From Balanoglossus misakiensis (Eukaryota; Animalia; Hemichordata): 64,000 nt of DNA. The translations under genes were made by a program, and so were the position numbers. This document shows, one piece after another, positions 12,535 through 27,785 of this stretch. The notes beneath the pieces were generated by a model. It searched no databases. It saw nothing but the letters and a program-made list of their open reading frames with translations, and had not been told where the DNA came from. The stretch is taken from the NCBI GenBank assembly GCA_040954595.2, contig CM082583.2, positions 13,233,764 through 13,297,763 on the forward strand, read 5' to 3'. Numbering within the stretch: position 1 is the stretch's first letter; each line of letters starts with the position of its first letter.

Positions 12535-13679
12535 TTCTTCCGCTTCATTCCCTCACAACCAACGAATTAAAAATATGTCCCTGTAAAACACCAGCTTGCC
12601 CGAAACCGTGGGAGCCCCACATCCAGTGATCCACTGTCCACTTTGTTGTCAAGAGACCGAGATTTCTGGCAGCATCATCTGGTATGTGTCTCCTCACAAA
12701 CGCGCGCTGAAAGTCGATCTTCTAGGAATGATTTACTGCAACAGGATCAAATGGTGGCAAAGATTGTTTACATCAACATCTACGACTTGTGAAATCAGAT
12801 ACCTCTCTTGACCATCATGTCACGACCACGCACCATCACCGTCAACTCCCCCTTCTATTTTCGTCAACTTCTGGCCCGGACCAAGTCAGACTCCCTAACG
12901 ACATATTTTATCCTCATGTAAACAATTATCCTTTCACATATATAATAAACTTTTTACGAGTTTTCCCGAAGCATAAACATCGCTGAGAGAAGGTCCAATT
13001 GATGTGGCAGGTTATTTACCCCCGAACTCTTACATGCGACACAAATTCTTCAGGATCATCTGACCGAGAACTGACTACAAATCAAACTTTCAGAGATCTA
13101 GCCCTGTCAAATTTTCACTTGGATGGCCACGCGAAATAGTCAGAAGAATTATGAATGACACGCCCTGTTTACCAAATGGTGTGGAAATGTGTAAATTATG
13201 TTATATTTTTGTAGACGTTTGTATGTTGAAAAGATACAGCGGAAATGTCTTCGTTTGGCCTTGGGTCAGGAATGTAGAAGAGGACGAGATTGTAGATACG
13301 CGATTCATATTTGAACGTGTTAATTTCTATGCGTTCTACCGAAAGTGACAGAACAGTGGTTGAACTTTTCCGTGATAGAAACATCATTGCACGAATATAA
13401 AATGTTTTTTTCTTTTCATTTGAATCAAAAGTTCCCAAACATGCAACACTTGCAATGGTGTTTGTCATTGTGGCATTTCCTATACTAAGCTGTACTCAGT
13501 TGAACGTAGAACAACTTCAGCTTTAAAAAGAGTCGAAAATCAACGATTCAATGCCATATCAATTGCAATTAATTAAAACCTAAATTTGTTTTAGATTGCA
13601 AAGTATAAAAGGTATTTTAAAGCAATGCCTGTGGATTGGAATGGGCGCCCTCTTTGGCAGATTTTGTTCCACCCTTATG

Positions 13680-13745
13680 TTTTTAGCTCACGTGATCACA
13701 CACACACATGATCTAATATACGAATTTCTGTCAGTGTGTGATGTA
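13680..13745 (+). mobile_element. Probable HINE/pearl-like element 5' remnant
   Basis: TTTTTAGCTCACGTG, a (CA)n loop, then CACATGATCTAA, a 10/12 inverted match to the start (subterminal inverted repeat). Confidence 0.35.
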
Positions 13746-14162
13746 CAATGTTTTTTTATTTTACATCATTAGAATTTGTGACATCCTTTTTTTCTGTTGT
13801 GACAGGCTATGGCAATTTACAACAATCTCAGTGACATCAAAATGGTCTGGCACCTCTTTAAAAAAAACTAGTCATCACAAATATTTGCTTTTTATGTTTT
13901 AAGTTTTATTTGACCATAATACAACCAGCGACATCATTATAATATTGCATAGGTACCAGCTGCCAAACTTTTGTATCATAAAAAAGCACATTACATACAA
14001 TATAAAAAAGTGCTGTACATGATCTATCTAATCTCTATTACATAACAACCTTATTTTGCAGCAATCCCAGACCCTCAAGCAGATAAATTCCCCTCTTCCC
14101 CAAAAAACCCAAACTTTGTTTTTGATGCATATGGCAGTGATAGAGAAAATGTCCATAGAGTT

Positions 14163-16379
14163 TCACTTGACACTGTAAATCTCCTTGAGTGCAATGATGA
14201 GTCTTACAACCGGCGTACAGAGGGCAGTGATAACTGGTAGACTGTAGTATTGTAAATAGTACATGACATCTCGCACTTGCAGCAATCCCATGATGCTTAG
14301 TGTTCCCAGCGTGGTCGGGGGCAAGCAGCGTATTCGCCAGTACAGCAGAATATTATTGAAACGATTCACATCCAGGTGTAAAAACACCAGGTCTCCCTGT
14401 GAATAAGTTAAAAAAAACACATCAATGTTCAATTCTTGAATATCTGTGAACCATGAATATGGTGATTCTTGTGTAGTTCATGGGTTCAGAATGAATCATG
14501 GGATATCTCAAGTACTGAACAGAACTCTGGGAGAACAAAGATCAAAGTTACCAGAGAATTACTGAGTCTGTGTATATTTGCTTCGATTGCAAACTCCACC
14601 TTCTGGGCATGTGACAGTAGGGAGACAATCAGTCCACTCCAGCAAGCCATGACGACTAGTAAGGAAACCCTAGGGAAAAATTTAGAAAAGGGGAACGTTT
14701 GGGCTTTTAGCAAAAGCTGCAATGTAATACAGTAATCAAAATAATGTCAAGTATGTATCTCTTTAATGTCAAGTTCAATTTTTACCATTGCTATTAGAAA
14801 TGATAAAATTAATCTCACCAGGTTTTGATTCGTCTTGGAGTAAGCTTGTTCTTGGCAAACATGTTGTCAACCAAATAGTATAAGAGTGTTGCGATACCAC
14901 TTATATACAGGCAGAGACTGATATAGTATGTAATAGGAGCTCTAGACCATCTTGTGTCAAAGTCAAGGTGGATGTCATCCTGAAAGAGGTCAAGATTTGT
15001 ATTCAGAAGCTGCAATGACTCTTCTCAAAACAACATGTTGACCAAAAAAGCATTGGGATGTTCAGGGATGTTTAATACACTAGTAGGTCAATAGCCAACA
15101 CAGTAAAAACCAATATTCCTGTGAATCCACAGATTATGATATATGAACAATTCATACCATGAGATTGGTAAAGTCCGAATGCCATTTCAGCACTGATGTA
15201 TTGAATGCTTCTTGGCTTTGAGTCTCTAGTTTGTGATTTTCCCAGAAATTATTCAACCTTGTAGCATAGTGATCCAGTTTGTCTTTCAGCTCTCCTGATG
15301 AAATGAAATACACATACACTGAGAAGTTAAAACATTACATTACATCACACTGTCTCAAATCAGTCTTCATCTAGTTAGTTTGAAAAATCAATAAACAATT
15401 ATCTACATGACAAATTGACATACAAATTTCCTAACTCACCATGTAATACCTTGAATAGAGTACATACTGCTATGATAAGGGCAACACAGACACCGGCTAA
15501 CAGGCAAACCTCAGACTTGACCAATCTCATATTGTCCATTTCCGGCCATATGCATATTCCTCCACCAACATTTAGTTTTTCAACCTTTGACTTTGCTTCA
15601 TGGTGTTTACGTTCCAATAACTTCTGCTTCTGCAATGCCCTGCCTGAATATCAAAGACATCAATAACATCAATCAATAAGACTCCAATTTCCCATCCCAG
15701 CTGTGAGAGACTATATGAACATCAGGAAAGTTTTGCTGTGTTTAGAACCTAACTACTAAGTATATCTCTCTTCTAATTGATTGTACCCCCCCCCCCCCAA
15801 AAAAAACCCCAAAAAACATCTCACCTGGTGTCATACGTAGCCTTGCAAGACTAGGACTAACTTTCTCGATCGTTTCTTCCTCTGTAACATCAATTTGATC
15901 GATTCTCTTCCTGATATTCTTGAGTGCTGCTGGCAGTTCAGAGTTCAAATCACTGAATGCACACATTGGTGTTAGTGGTTGTCTGTTCCTTGGAGTCCTC
16001 TCTATTTTCTCTGTTGTGTTTCTTTTCGCGTTCTCATCACTGTTGAACCTTGTCTGTCTGAACTGTCTTGCTGGTGTACGGCCATGAACCAGTGGGGTGG
16101 ACTGAATTGCTTGAGCCATTGCAAAGTATACCTTTAAAGTGAGAGTAGCTGAGAGGAAAATATACCACATTGTAATTGGTATTAATTTTAGACACACCTC
16201 CCGCCAAAGAAATTGACTGATCCCCTAAAATAACAGCCCCCCCCCCCCCCCTTCCCAACCTGAACCACTCAACCATTTTGCGAACTTTTAAGAGGGACTG
16301 TGTTTGAATAGTATGTCTACACATTGACTGACAATAATTGGTTGCTTGCAAAGTAGGAATTAATATCATAACTTACCAT
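14163..16379 (-). CDS. Uncharacterised multi-pass membrane protein, 7 coding exons, ~387 aa
   Basis: Exons (minus) 16379-16377 (ATG then GTAAGT), 16131-15825, 15643-15440, 15294-15158, 14979-14819, 14669-14552, 14396-14163 join to 1164 nt in frame with GT-AG sites. Basic S/T-P-rich N-terminus, then 3-4 hydrophobic segments (VCLLAGVCVALIIAVCTLF; YYISLCLYISGIATLLYYLV; WVSLLVVMACWSGLIVSLL; SLPVITALCTPVVRLIIAL). The start could instead be the ATG of MAQAIQ in exon 2. Confidence 0.8.
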
Positions 16380-16812
16380 AGATATGTCTGATTTAATCGT
16401 TTAAAGCTGGGCAAAGATCACTACTAGTACAATGCTCAGCGAAAATTTTAAAAATATCCGCTATATTATAGCGACCTCACGCGGCCATAAAGTGAGAACA
16501 TTTACGAAATGTGCGATTAGGGGGGGGGGGAGGCAAATTTGCAGGTACTAGTTGGCTATGCTTGTGAATAATAATGTTACTACTTTAGAAAGCTCTTTCT
16601 TAGTTTTCGCACAGCTTCTTGATATTCTTGAGAAATTGCGAACGGTGCATTGAGAAAAGAAGCGAGATTTGGTGCATTGTGGGATATATGACCGCGGGAG
16701 TTTCAAAATGGCGGACTTCTGTTGATGTACTGTTGTAAATAAGCTGAGTGAGTGGGTTCAGTCGTCAGGGACAGATCGGGAAAGAGGAACACCTAGTTCT
16801 TCCACAACAAAA
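16380..16812. promoter_or_regulatory. Bidirectional promoter shared by the membrane-protein gene and CENP-H
   Basis: Start codons diverge 433 bp apart. ZNF143/Staf-type motif GGTGCATTGTGGGA 16671-16684, CCGCGGGA 16692-16699, CHR-like TTTCAAA 16701-16707, YY1-type CAAAATGGCGG 16704-16714. Confidence 0.65.
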
Positions 16813-18491
16813 ATGAGTCAACCACAAAGAAGAGTTCTCAAGGAAATACAAGAACAGCAAGATGTTGGTTCCAAGGGGGTCCAAGAAAAGGCCGCCAAGA
16901 AAGCATTACCGGAAAAAGAAGGCAGCATCATGACAATGGATTTAATCAGGTACACAATTCCAAACCTGTCATCACTTTCATAAAGCTAAATGGATATGAC
17001 TAATTAATCATATTGGCTTTTATTTCATGAAGTGTCACAATTTTGACTGTAGACACGTGAATGCACTGTGACTGTACTCCAGGCATGTCTACATTGGCAA
17101 AGAATAACAATGTTACATATGATCACCAGTGACCACATACATGTAATTGTATTTTGTAGTTGGTTGCCATGGTGCCAAGTATTCAAAAAGCTGTTGTCTA
17201 TCTGTGAATCCACTGTATACCTTCAAATATGACAATTGACATGATTTTTTTTATCCAGAAAGAAAGAGTGGTTGAGGAATCACAAGACTGAACTGGAAGC
17301 AGTTCTAGCTAAAGGTGTTATACCACCATCATCAAATGATATTGAGGAACTTGATGATAGGTATGTTGTATATGTCCGACATTTACATGTAAGTTGTGAA
17401 CTATTAAAGGGGTTAATGTTTCCACCGTATACCTTGAAGTTGTACAGATAATTAAGATTGTGTAATTGAGAAAGATATTTAAGTAAACATGTACTGTATA
17501 TTTTCTGTATTGCAGGATAGCCACTTTGAAAAGTGATCTCTTTGAGCTCTCGATAGACCACTCTATTAAAGAAAGGAAACTTCAAAGGTGAGAAAGGTCA
17601 TCATAAGATGTATGATACAGTATAGTACAGTGCAGTGCAATACGACAATACAATACATTACTTCCACATAGCTAAATTTAACACTTTTTATGGCAATGTT
17701 TTTATTAAATGTTACTGGTAGCTTATATTTGACATTTTATGTCTTCTCCAACTTGGCTTAGTGCACAATGTGGTTCCGTGTTGAAAGAGCTGTTATCAAA
17801 TGACAGTGAGCATGGTGAAGATGGCCTCTTCACCAAGGAAGAAAAACAAGAAACGTCGAACATGTGCAGAAAACAATCAGAGTTAACTACAGAAATTCTG
17901 AAAGAACTTAAAGAAACCAAGGAGATTCAACAAGAACTAGACAAGACAAAGAGACAGTGTTTAGGTAAAATGCTTCTCTCAATTCTTGTGTTTAACCACT
18001 AGTGAATAGAAAGGTTACAATTCTCTGATTTCTAATTCCTTTTTCCCTCTCACAGAAATGAAGAAATCAAACCGAGATTTAATGTTAAAGTTACAAGAGA
18101 AACAAAACTCTGAAGAAAAGGAACAGGAAAAAAGGGAAGACAGCAGAGAAATTCAGAGGTAAATATAGACACACTATGTACAGACAATTTTGATGCAATT
18201 GGTCCATTTTGTGTGACAGCTGGACTTGAGTAGAAATGAAACATTTAGTGTTGTCCACAATAGTTTTTTTAAATAGAGTCAGTACAACTGTCTTCAAAAA
18301 TCGTAAAAATTGACTGGGACATTTTCCTTTTCGGCTGAAGAAGGAAGAATGCTTTGGAAGAAGTCACAACAAAAATCTGTCTTGTGAGAGGCGTATTTCA
18401 AGGTGTAATTGTTGGCAGTGGGATAAACTGGGCTGAAGATCCTACATTGGTTGAAACAGTCATTGAACTTGGAGAACCACTTGGTGAATAG
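16813..18491 (+). CDS. CENPH: Centromere protein H (CCAN CENP-HIKM subunit), 6 coding exons, ~255 aa
   Basis: Exons 16813-16949, 17259-17360, 17516-17587, 17762-17964, 18056-18158, 18341-18491 join to 768 nt in frame. Coiled-coil body and the diagnostic C-terminus VFQGVIVGSGINWAEDPTLVETVIEL, matching the CENP-H FQxLIxGSxVNWAEDP motif. AATAAA at 18894. Confidence 0.88.
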
Positions 18492-21400
18492 CTTGGAGAG
18501 AGAGAAGATAGATTTCTTGAACACAGCCAAGAACTGAACAATTTAACATTTACCCCTGTACATGTATATAACTTACATTACTCATCCAATTGACACCTGC
18601 AATGTCATGTGTGATGGCGCTGTTCACCTATCTACCCATACGATGGAAGCAGGTTCTCGAACGAGGCTGGCATGAATCACTCACTACAAGCGAATATTTT
18701 GTTTTCCTTGGTAACTGTACACAAGTATTATTGCCAAAGAAGTTGTTTTGTTCACACATATGGTTTGTACGATGGCATGCATACAGAATGTTACCAATGA
18801 CGTCAATGATGGGCGCACTTCAGCCAAACACATACACAACAGACGTTGACTGAAGAAAAACGCCCGCTCAGCGACCAAGCCTGTTCAACAATTAATAAAA
18901 ATCAATGTTATGATTTATTGGTTGTTCGGCCTTGGCTTGAGGAACAGGTGTTTTACGCAGGACGCTGCGACTCCTTTGTCGCCCAAACCACCAGCGAGAT
19001 CGAGATCTGTGGAGTGGCTGTAGTAAAGTCTATTTTTGCGGCAAAAGTGGACATTTTAGTAATTTATACGATGCTGTTTAAAATAGAACATGTTGGGGGA
19101 TTTTATGAAAGTTTTATTTGGATTGCTTAACTTGATATTAAACTTTTAGAACATAAGGATATACAACTATACCTGTGACAGTAATTGACTTCAAGTTGAC
19201 TTTTTCAAACGCGAGATAAAGGTTCTGCTTTGCGTCAGAACATGTTTGAAATTACTATTAATGGCTCGTATAGCAATGTCATTCGAAAAATGTCTACTTT
19301 AATGATTTTTTATTTGAATCGGAAACAATGGCTGTCTGCAATCCCGACCTCAGGAATTTCCTGTGTTGAAATGGGCGTGTTAGTTTAACGGTATCTAAGG
19401 CAGTGTCGACAGCCATGCATTTGGCTTTGAAAAGGATCTATAATCTGCTGATGCCACAAATTTGTGACACTGAGATGATTTTTGTTGTGTCTTGGGGGAT
19501 TTTTGTAGAAGTGGAAACACAGCAAGGTGACAGAGGGCCATTTTGTACGCGTCGACCAAAATTCTTTGTAAACGTTGCGTCGTTGAGTTATTCGCCAGGG
19601 AGGGGGGGGGGGTCGATACAAAACGAAAATTTGACTTCCTTGCAGATTGGACGATTGACAGGTGTGGTAAACAACGATTGGTCGACTGTTTGTCACGACC
19701 CCATGGCGACATGCCTGCTGCTATAAACGTCACGATGCACCCTGACGATCAACGGGCATTAGTCAGAATAATTACTGGCGTTTCAAAAAAATAGGGGGTA
19801 TGCGTTTTTCTTTTATTAAAAGTGAGGTGATTATACACACGCTTAGATTTTGAAGCAGGTGCGACTATCCAGCTGTTTTAACTTCATCCAAATTTGTCAA
19901 TGATGGAGGTCTGTGAGTGGCTCAACCGGTGACCACATCCATGCCTGGGCGAAATGAATGCTAAATTGACCACACATTTGTTTCAAATTTTGCAGAAAAG
20001 GCACGGAGAGCAGTGGTGTCACTATTCGGTTGACACAACTTCAGTCTTGGATATAAGGACAAAATGTAACGTCCTTTTTCATATGAAAAGTAGTTTTTAA
20101 TGCTCGTAATTAGGGCTTGTCACGCCAGCGAACGGAAGCACGGCCACTTTCGACAAAAGGCAAAAAAGTTTCATAAATTAATAATGTTGCGGAATCGGAA
20201 GCCGGGCTTTTACAAGTTTTGACATAATGACAGATCGTCCTTAACTCCCATTGTTCCTGTTGTTTGGAAAAACATAAGCTCACTACCGAAAGAAAAAAGT
20301 GGACCTTGCGATATTTTCCATTTATTCTGCACCAGTAAACCTGAATCTAGTTTTTTTTCATCCTACACATGCATTAGGTCAATATTTATTATTAATCATA
20401 CTGGATACCCTTCGCAAACTTCACAACAGCTAAACAATTATCAGAACATGTTTCTACGAAAATAGTTTTATAAAATCATACAGCATTCTGTATACCGTGC
20501 ATTGAAACATCTGTCTTCTGTCGTGTCATTCGCCATACGTAATCTGCCGAAAAAGAAAAACACCTGTTGTTTGGGGAACATTATGAATTACTCCAAAACT
20601 GTCGAGAGTTAAAATTCAATTTGTTGGATCCGGTACTTGTTGAGTTGGCTCGGTGCCAATTGCTCCGATCTATAATGCCACAGAAACACATAATTATTGA
20701 AAAAAACGTGGCAGTAACCCATCGACTCAAAGTCTACAACACATAATGTCAGATTGCAATGCAGAATTTCGTAACTACCGACTTAAAGAAAGACATGACT
20801 GATGCGCGCTATTTCTATACTTTAGTGCCGAGGCCGGGTTTTTCATCTTTGCATTTCCACATTCCCTGGTTCATGTCCAAGTGGGGAACGTGTTTGTCCT
20901 CTCAACACGAGAAGTTATCAAGTTACAGCGAACATATTTCGCGTGGGGGAAAACAATGGAACTAAAAGCGGTCGTTAGAGTATCTCCTCTATTTCATATT
21001 GAACTTCTAAATCCTTGTTAAATATACCTTGGGGTTTTAAATAGCAATAGCTTAATGGCTTTAATTGATTCGCAGAGAGGGCCCGAGAATGGGAGGGAGA
21101 TAGGGGAGGAGAGAGACATGATGCGACAGTCAATGTTTTCACCAAAACACCGTGGTCCTTAAGGTGGAACACTGTTGTCAAGTTAACCGTGTAATCTGAC
21201 ACCTTGCCAACGACTCATCGCACCTGACAAACATTCCCACAATCACCTCCCAAGGAGAGTTCTCTCAAAATGGTTGTTTCTCGCACTTCTTAATGAGCTC
21301 GTATTCTGGGGAAAAAAGAACGTCTTTTAAGACAATACTATAATTATACTTCAGAACGAAGTCAGACTGTTTTGGGGCGGGTCTTACACAAAGTGGTAAC

Positions 21401-22288
21401 TAAATTCTCTGACGAAACAACTTCAGCGAGCGGGTGCATCCAACCCACAATCATGCACAAAACAACTGTTCTTTACCATCAACAAAACTGTACAAGTCAA
21501 ACAAATATAGGACAATTCAATATATTGAAGGTAACAACGTCGAAGATCAATCGTTTTTAAATTTTGAACGTTTTAGTCGTAACGTCTTGGGCGGGATTAC
21601 TTGGGCTTCGTGACATATTCTCAAGTTCAAGTCGACTCGACTGACGTGTCTGTTTGCCGCAAATCATTGCAATCGGCGTGTAGCTTATGGGTGAAGTTTT
21701 GACGCCTTGAAAGATTTTCTGTGTGTGAAAAGAAACGAAATACGATATTTCGACAGTAACTGAAAACCGTGGTGTGTGCTTTTTACTCGGAGATTCCAAT
21801 GAAACACATTTACAGATTACAACCAGTCCATGCTTTGCACTGAAATGTATTTTATTTATTTATTGGCTCTGAGTTTTTAACTTTGGTGTAATGGCCAACT
21901 TGTACTTTACTCGAAAGAAGGTTGTCGATGTTTGTGTGAAAATGGTAACGACAGAGAATAGAGCGATCTGCGATACTCTTTTTGTATCGTTTGCTTTAGA
22001 AAGCTTGACTGCAATCGTATACATACCTGAGAAATTGATAGCTTTGTAACAAATGGCGAGGGCAGAAGAAACAAAACGACTCAGAGCAAAGTGAGAAAAC
22101 GAGAAATGTATGGGTATTGCGCGGCATTGCCTCCCGAAACGACCTGTCCAAACATGGCGACTCACCATTGGTATTTTAACTTAGCTTTTTTCCTGGGCGC
22201 CGAGCAAAATCTGTTCGTATTAATCATTTTTAAACGTTTTGACATTATGATAATCAGGTCTCCTTCCCGATTAAGTTTTGCTGGACCA

Positions 22289-22395
22289 TGACGCCAATCA
22301 CTTTTGGCAAGAACATGCTGCATTGTTTACCGCATTAGTCGCCATGGCGACCATCTGCCTATATAAGACCAGCAACACCGGGTCTGCTACAGTTA
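22289..22395 (+). promoter_or_regulatory. Alpha-tubulin core promoter
   Basis: CCAAT 22294-22298, forkhead TGTTTAC 22324-22330, perfect palindromic X-box GTCGCCATGGCGAC 22338-22351, TATATAAG 22360-22367, Inr-like CAGT about 30 bp downstream. Confidence 0.65.
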
Positions 22396-22539
22396 CTGCA
22401 CTCACAACTGACTCGTCGCAGTCTTCAGTGAGCGCCTCGTTGGCAGTCGACATCATTTTGACACATTCGCAGTTTCCATTATTTCCTGAGTCCTCATCTG
22501 GGTCAACTTCACTGTTAGAAACACAACTCAACAACAAAT

Positions 22540-26393
<3,854 letters not shown>

Positions 26394-26556
26394 TAATGAA
26401 AGAAAACACGGAAACAAAATAACATCATCTCCGGACATTCTTATTCTCTCGTGATTATGCATTGCAAAGTTGTGATACTAAAGTAAGAACTTTTCACCTT
26501 GATATAGTTTTTGCTCACAACCTCAATTCAGAGTTGTATATAAAGTTTTATGTCAG

Positions 26557-26595
26557 AGTCAGTCAGTCAGTCAGTCAGTCAGTCAGTCAGTCAGT
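26557..26595 (+). repeat. (AGTC)9 microsatellite in the tubulin 3'UTR
   Basis: Nine perfect AGTC units plus AGT; AATAAA signals follow at 26766 and 27005. Confidence 0.95.
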
Positions 26596-27785
26596 AAGTA
26601 AATTTGTTATGTAATTGAATTTCAAGAAAATCTTATACACCGTTATGGAATGACATCTTTATCTGATTAAAGGATGCGATGTTTCTGTAAACGCCGTTTT
26701 GGATTTTTGTTCATTTTTACCTCGCAAAAAAATTACTTTGCAGCAGAGTATATCACTTTAATCAAAATAAAAACAACTACGACAAAAACCCGATATTTAA
26801 TTTAAGATGAAGTATTATGTATAAATTGTTGAAAGTGTAGTTACGACACTTTTTCTTTGTTTTACATGTAGAATAGCTTTTAGATTATTTACTTTTATTT
26901 TAACTTTTATTTTAATTTCATAGTGATGTTTTTGCATTATGTTCTTTGTCTTCTGAACTCGCAGAGTTCTCATTTATGTCCGGTGTTTCTGTGTGTTTAG
27001 CTTTAATAAACTGCACATATTTTCAACAAAAATACACTTCGTGTTCTTTATTTACATCTTTGAATGTAGAACAATATTAGAAATGAAAATTTCTCAACCA
27101 AAGCTCCAAACCAGGGTTATCACTGAGCCCCCCCCCCCCCTGCAGTGGCGATGGTAAGGACATTGCACTCCACAATCGAGAATATTATTTCTGCTGGTCT
27201 GACAAAGAAGCGTCAAACAATAATACAATCTCCTTGCTGATTGGTTCGCGTCACCTGGACTACCTGAACATGGTAATTACCATCCGGGCACTTTCGTGAA
27301 AGACGTCCATGTTGCTGCACGTAGGCTTCATTTTGATGCGGAGCGCAGACAACTCAACAACAGAGTTTCTGTGCTGTTTATTTTGCTGTAAAGGCGGTAA
27401 GTAAAGTAACAGAAGATTACACAATTACTCAGTTATTGACCAGACCTAAACACGATACAGTTTCTCCAGACGAGAAAGTTTCGGTCAATTGGTAGCAGGT
27501 TCGCGTGTTGTCAGTTCGTTTTCAAGTGTAAGCGAATGCAAATTTCGTATTATGCCAGCCCACAATTATATAACCACGTTGCCAAAGTGAGAGTGAAATT
27601 CGCGGCAACTATACAGATTTGTATGATGTACTATCTGTGAATGAACAACAGTTGGTGTGCGGTGATCACGGCAGACGTTTTGATTCGTGTTCACGGATGT
27701 AGACATTCATTTCAACGTTCTTCTACTTATTTTGCAGATGCGAAGACCAGATGAACTGATAATATCCGGCAACCGAGCTGTGGCC

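Noticed and set aside
19060-20495. Terminal inverted repeats of a DNA transposon (19060-19120 vs 20430-20495)
   Set aside because: Only patchy AT-rich similarity, no defined termini, target duplication or transposase.
18590-22290. Short ORFs between CENP-H and tubulin
   Set aside because: No recognisable motifs and no consistent spliced reading frame.
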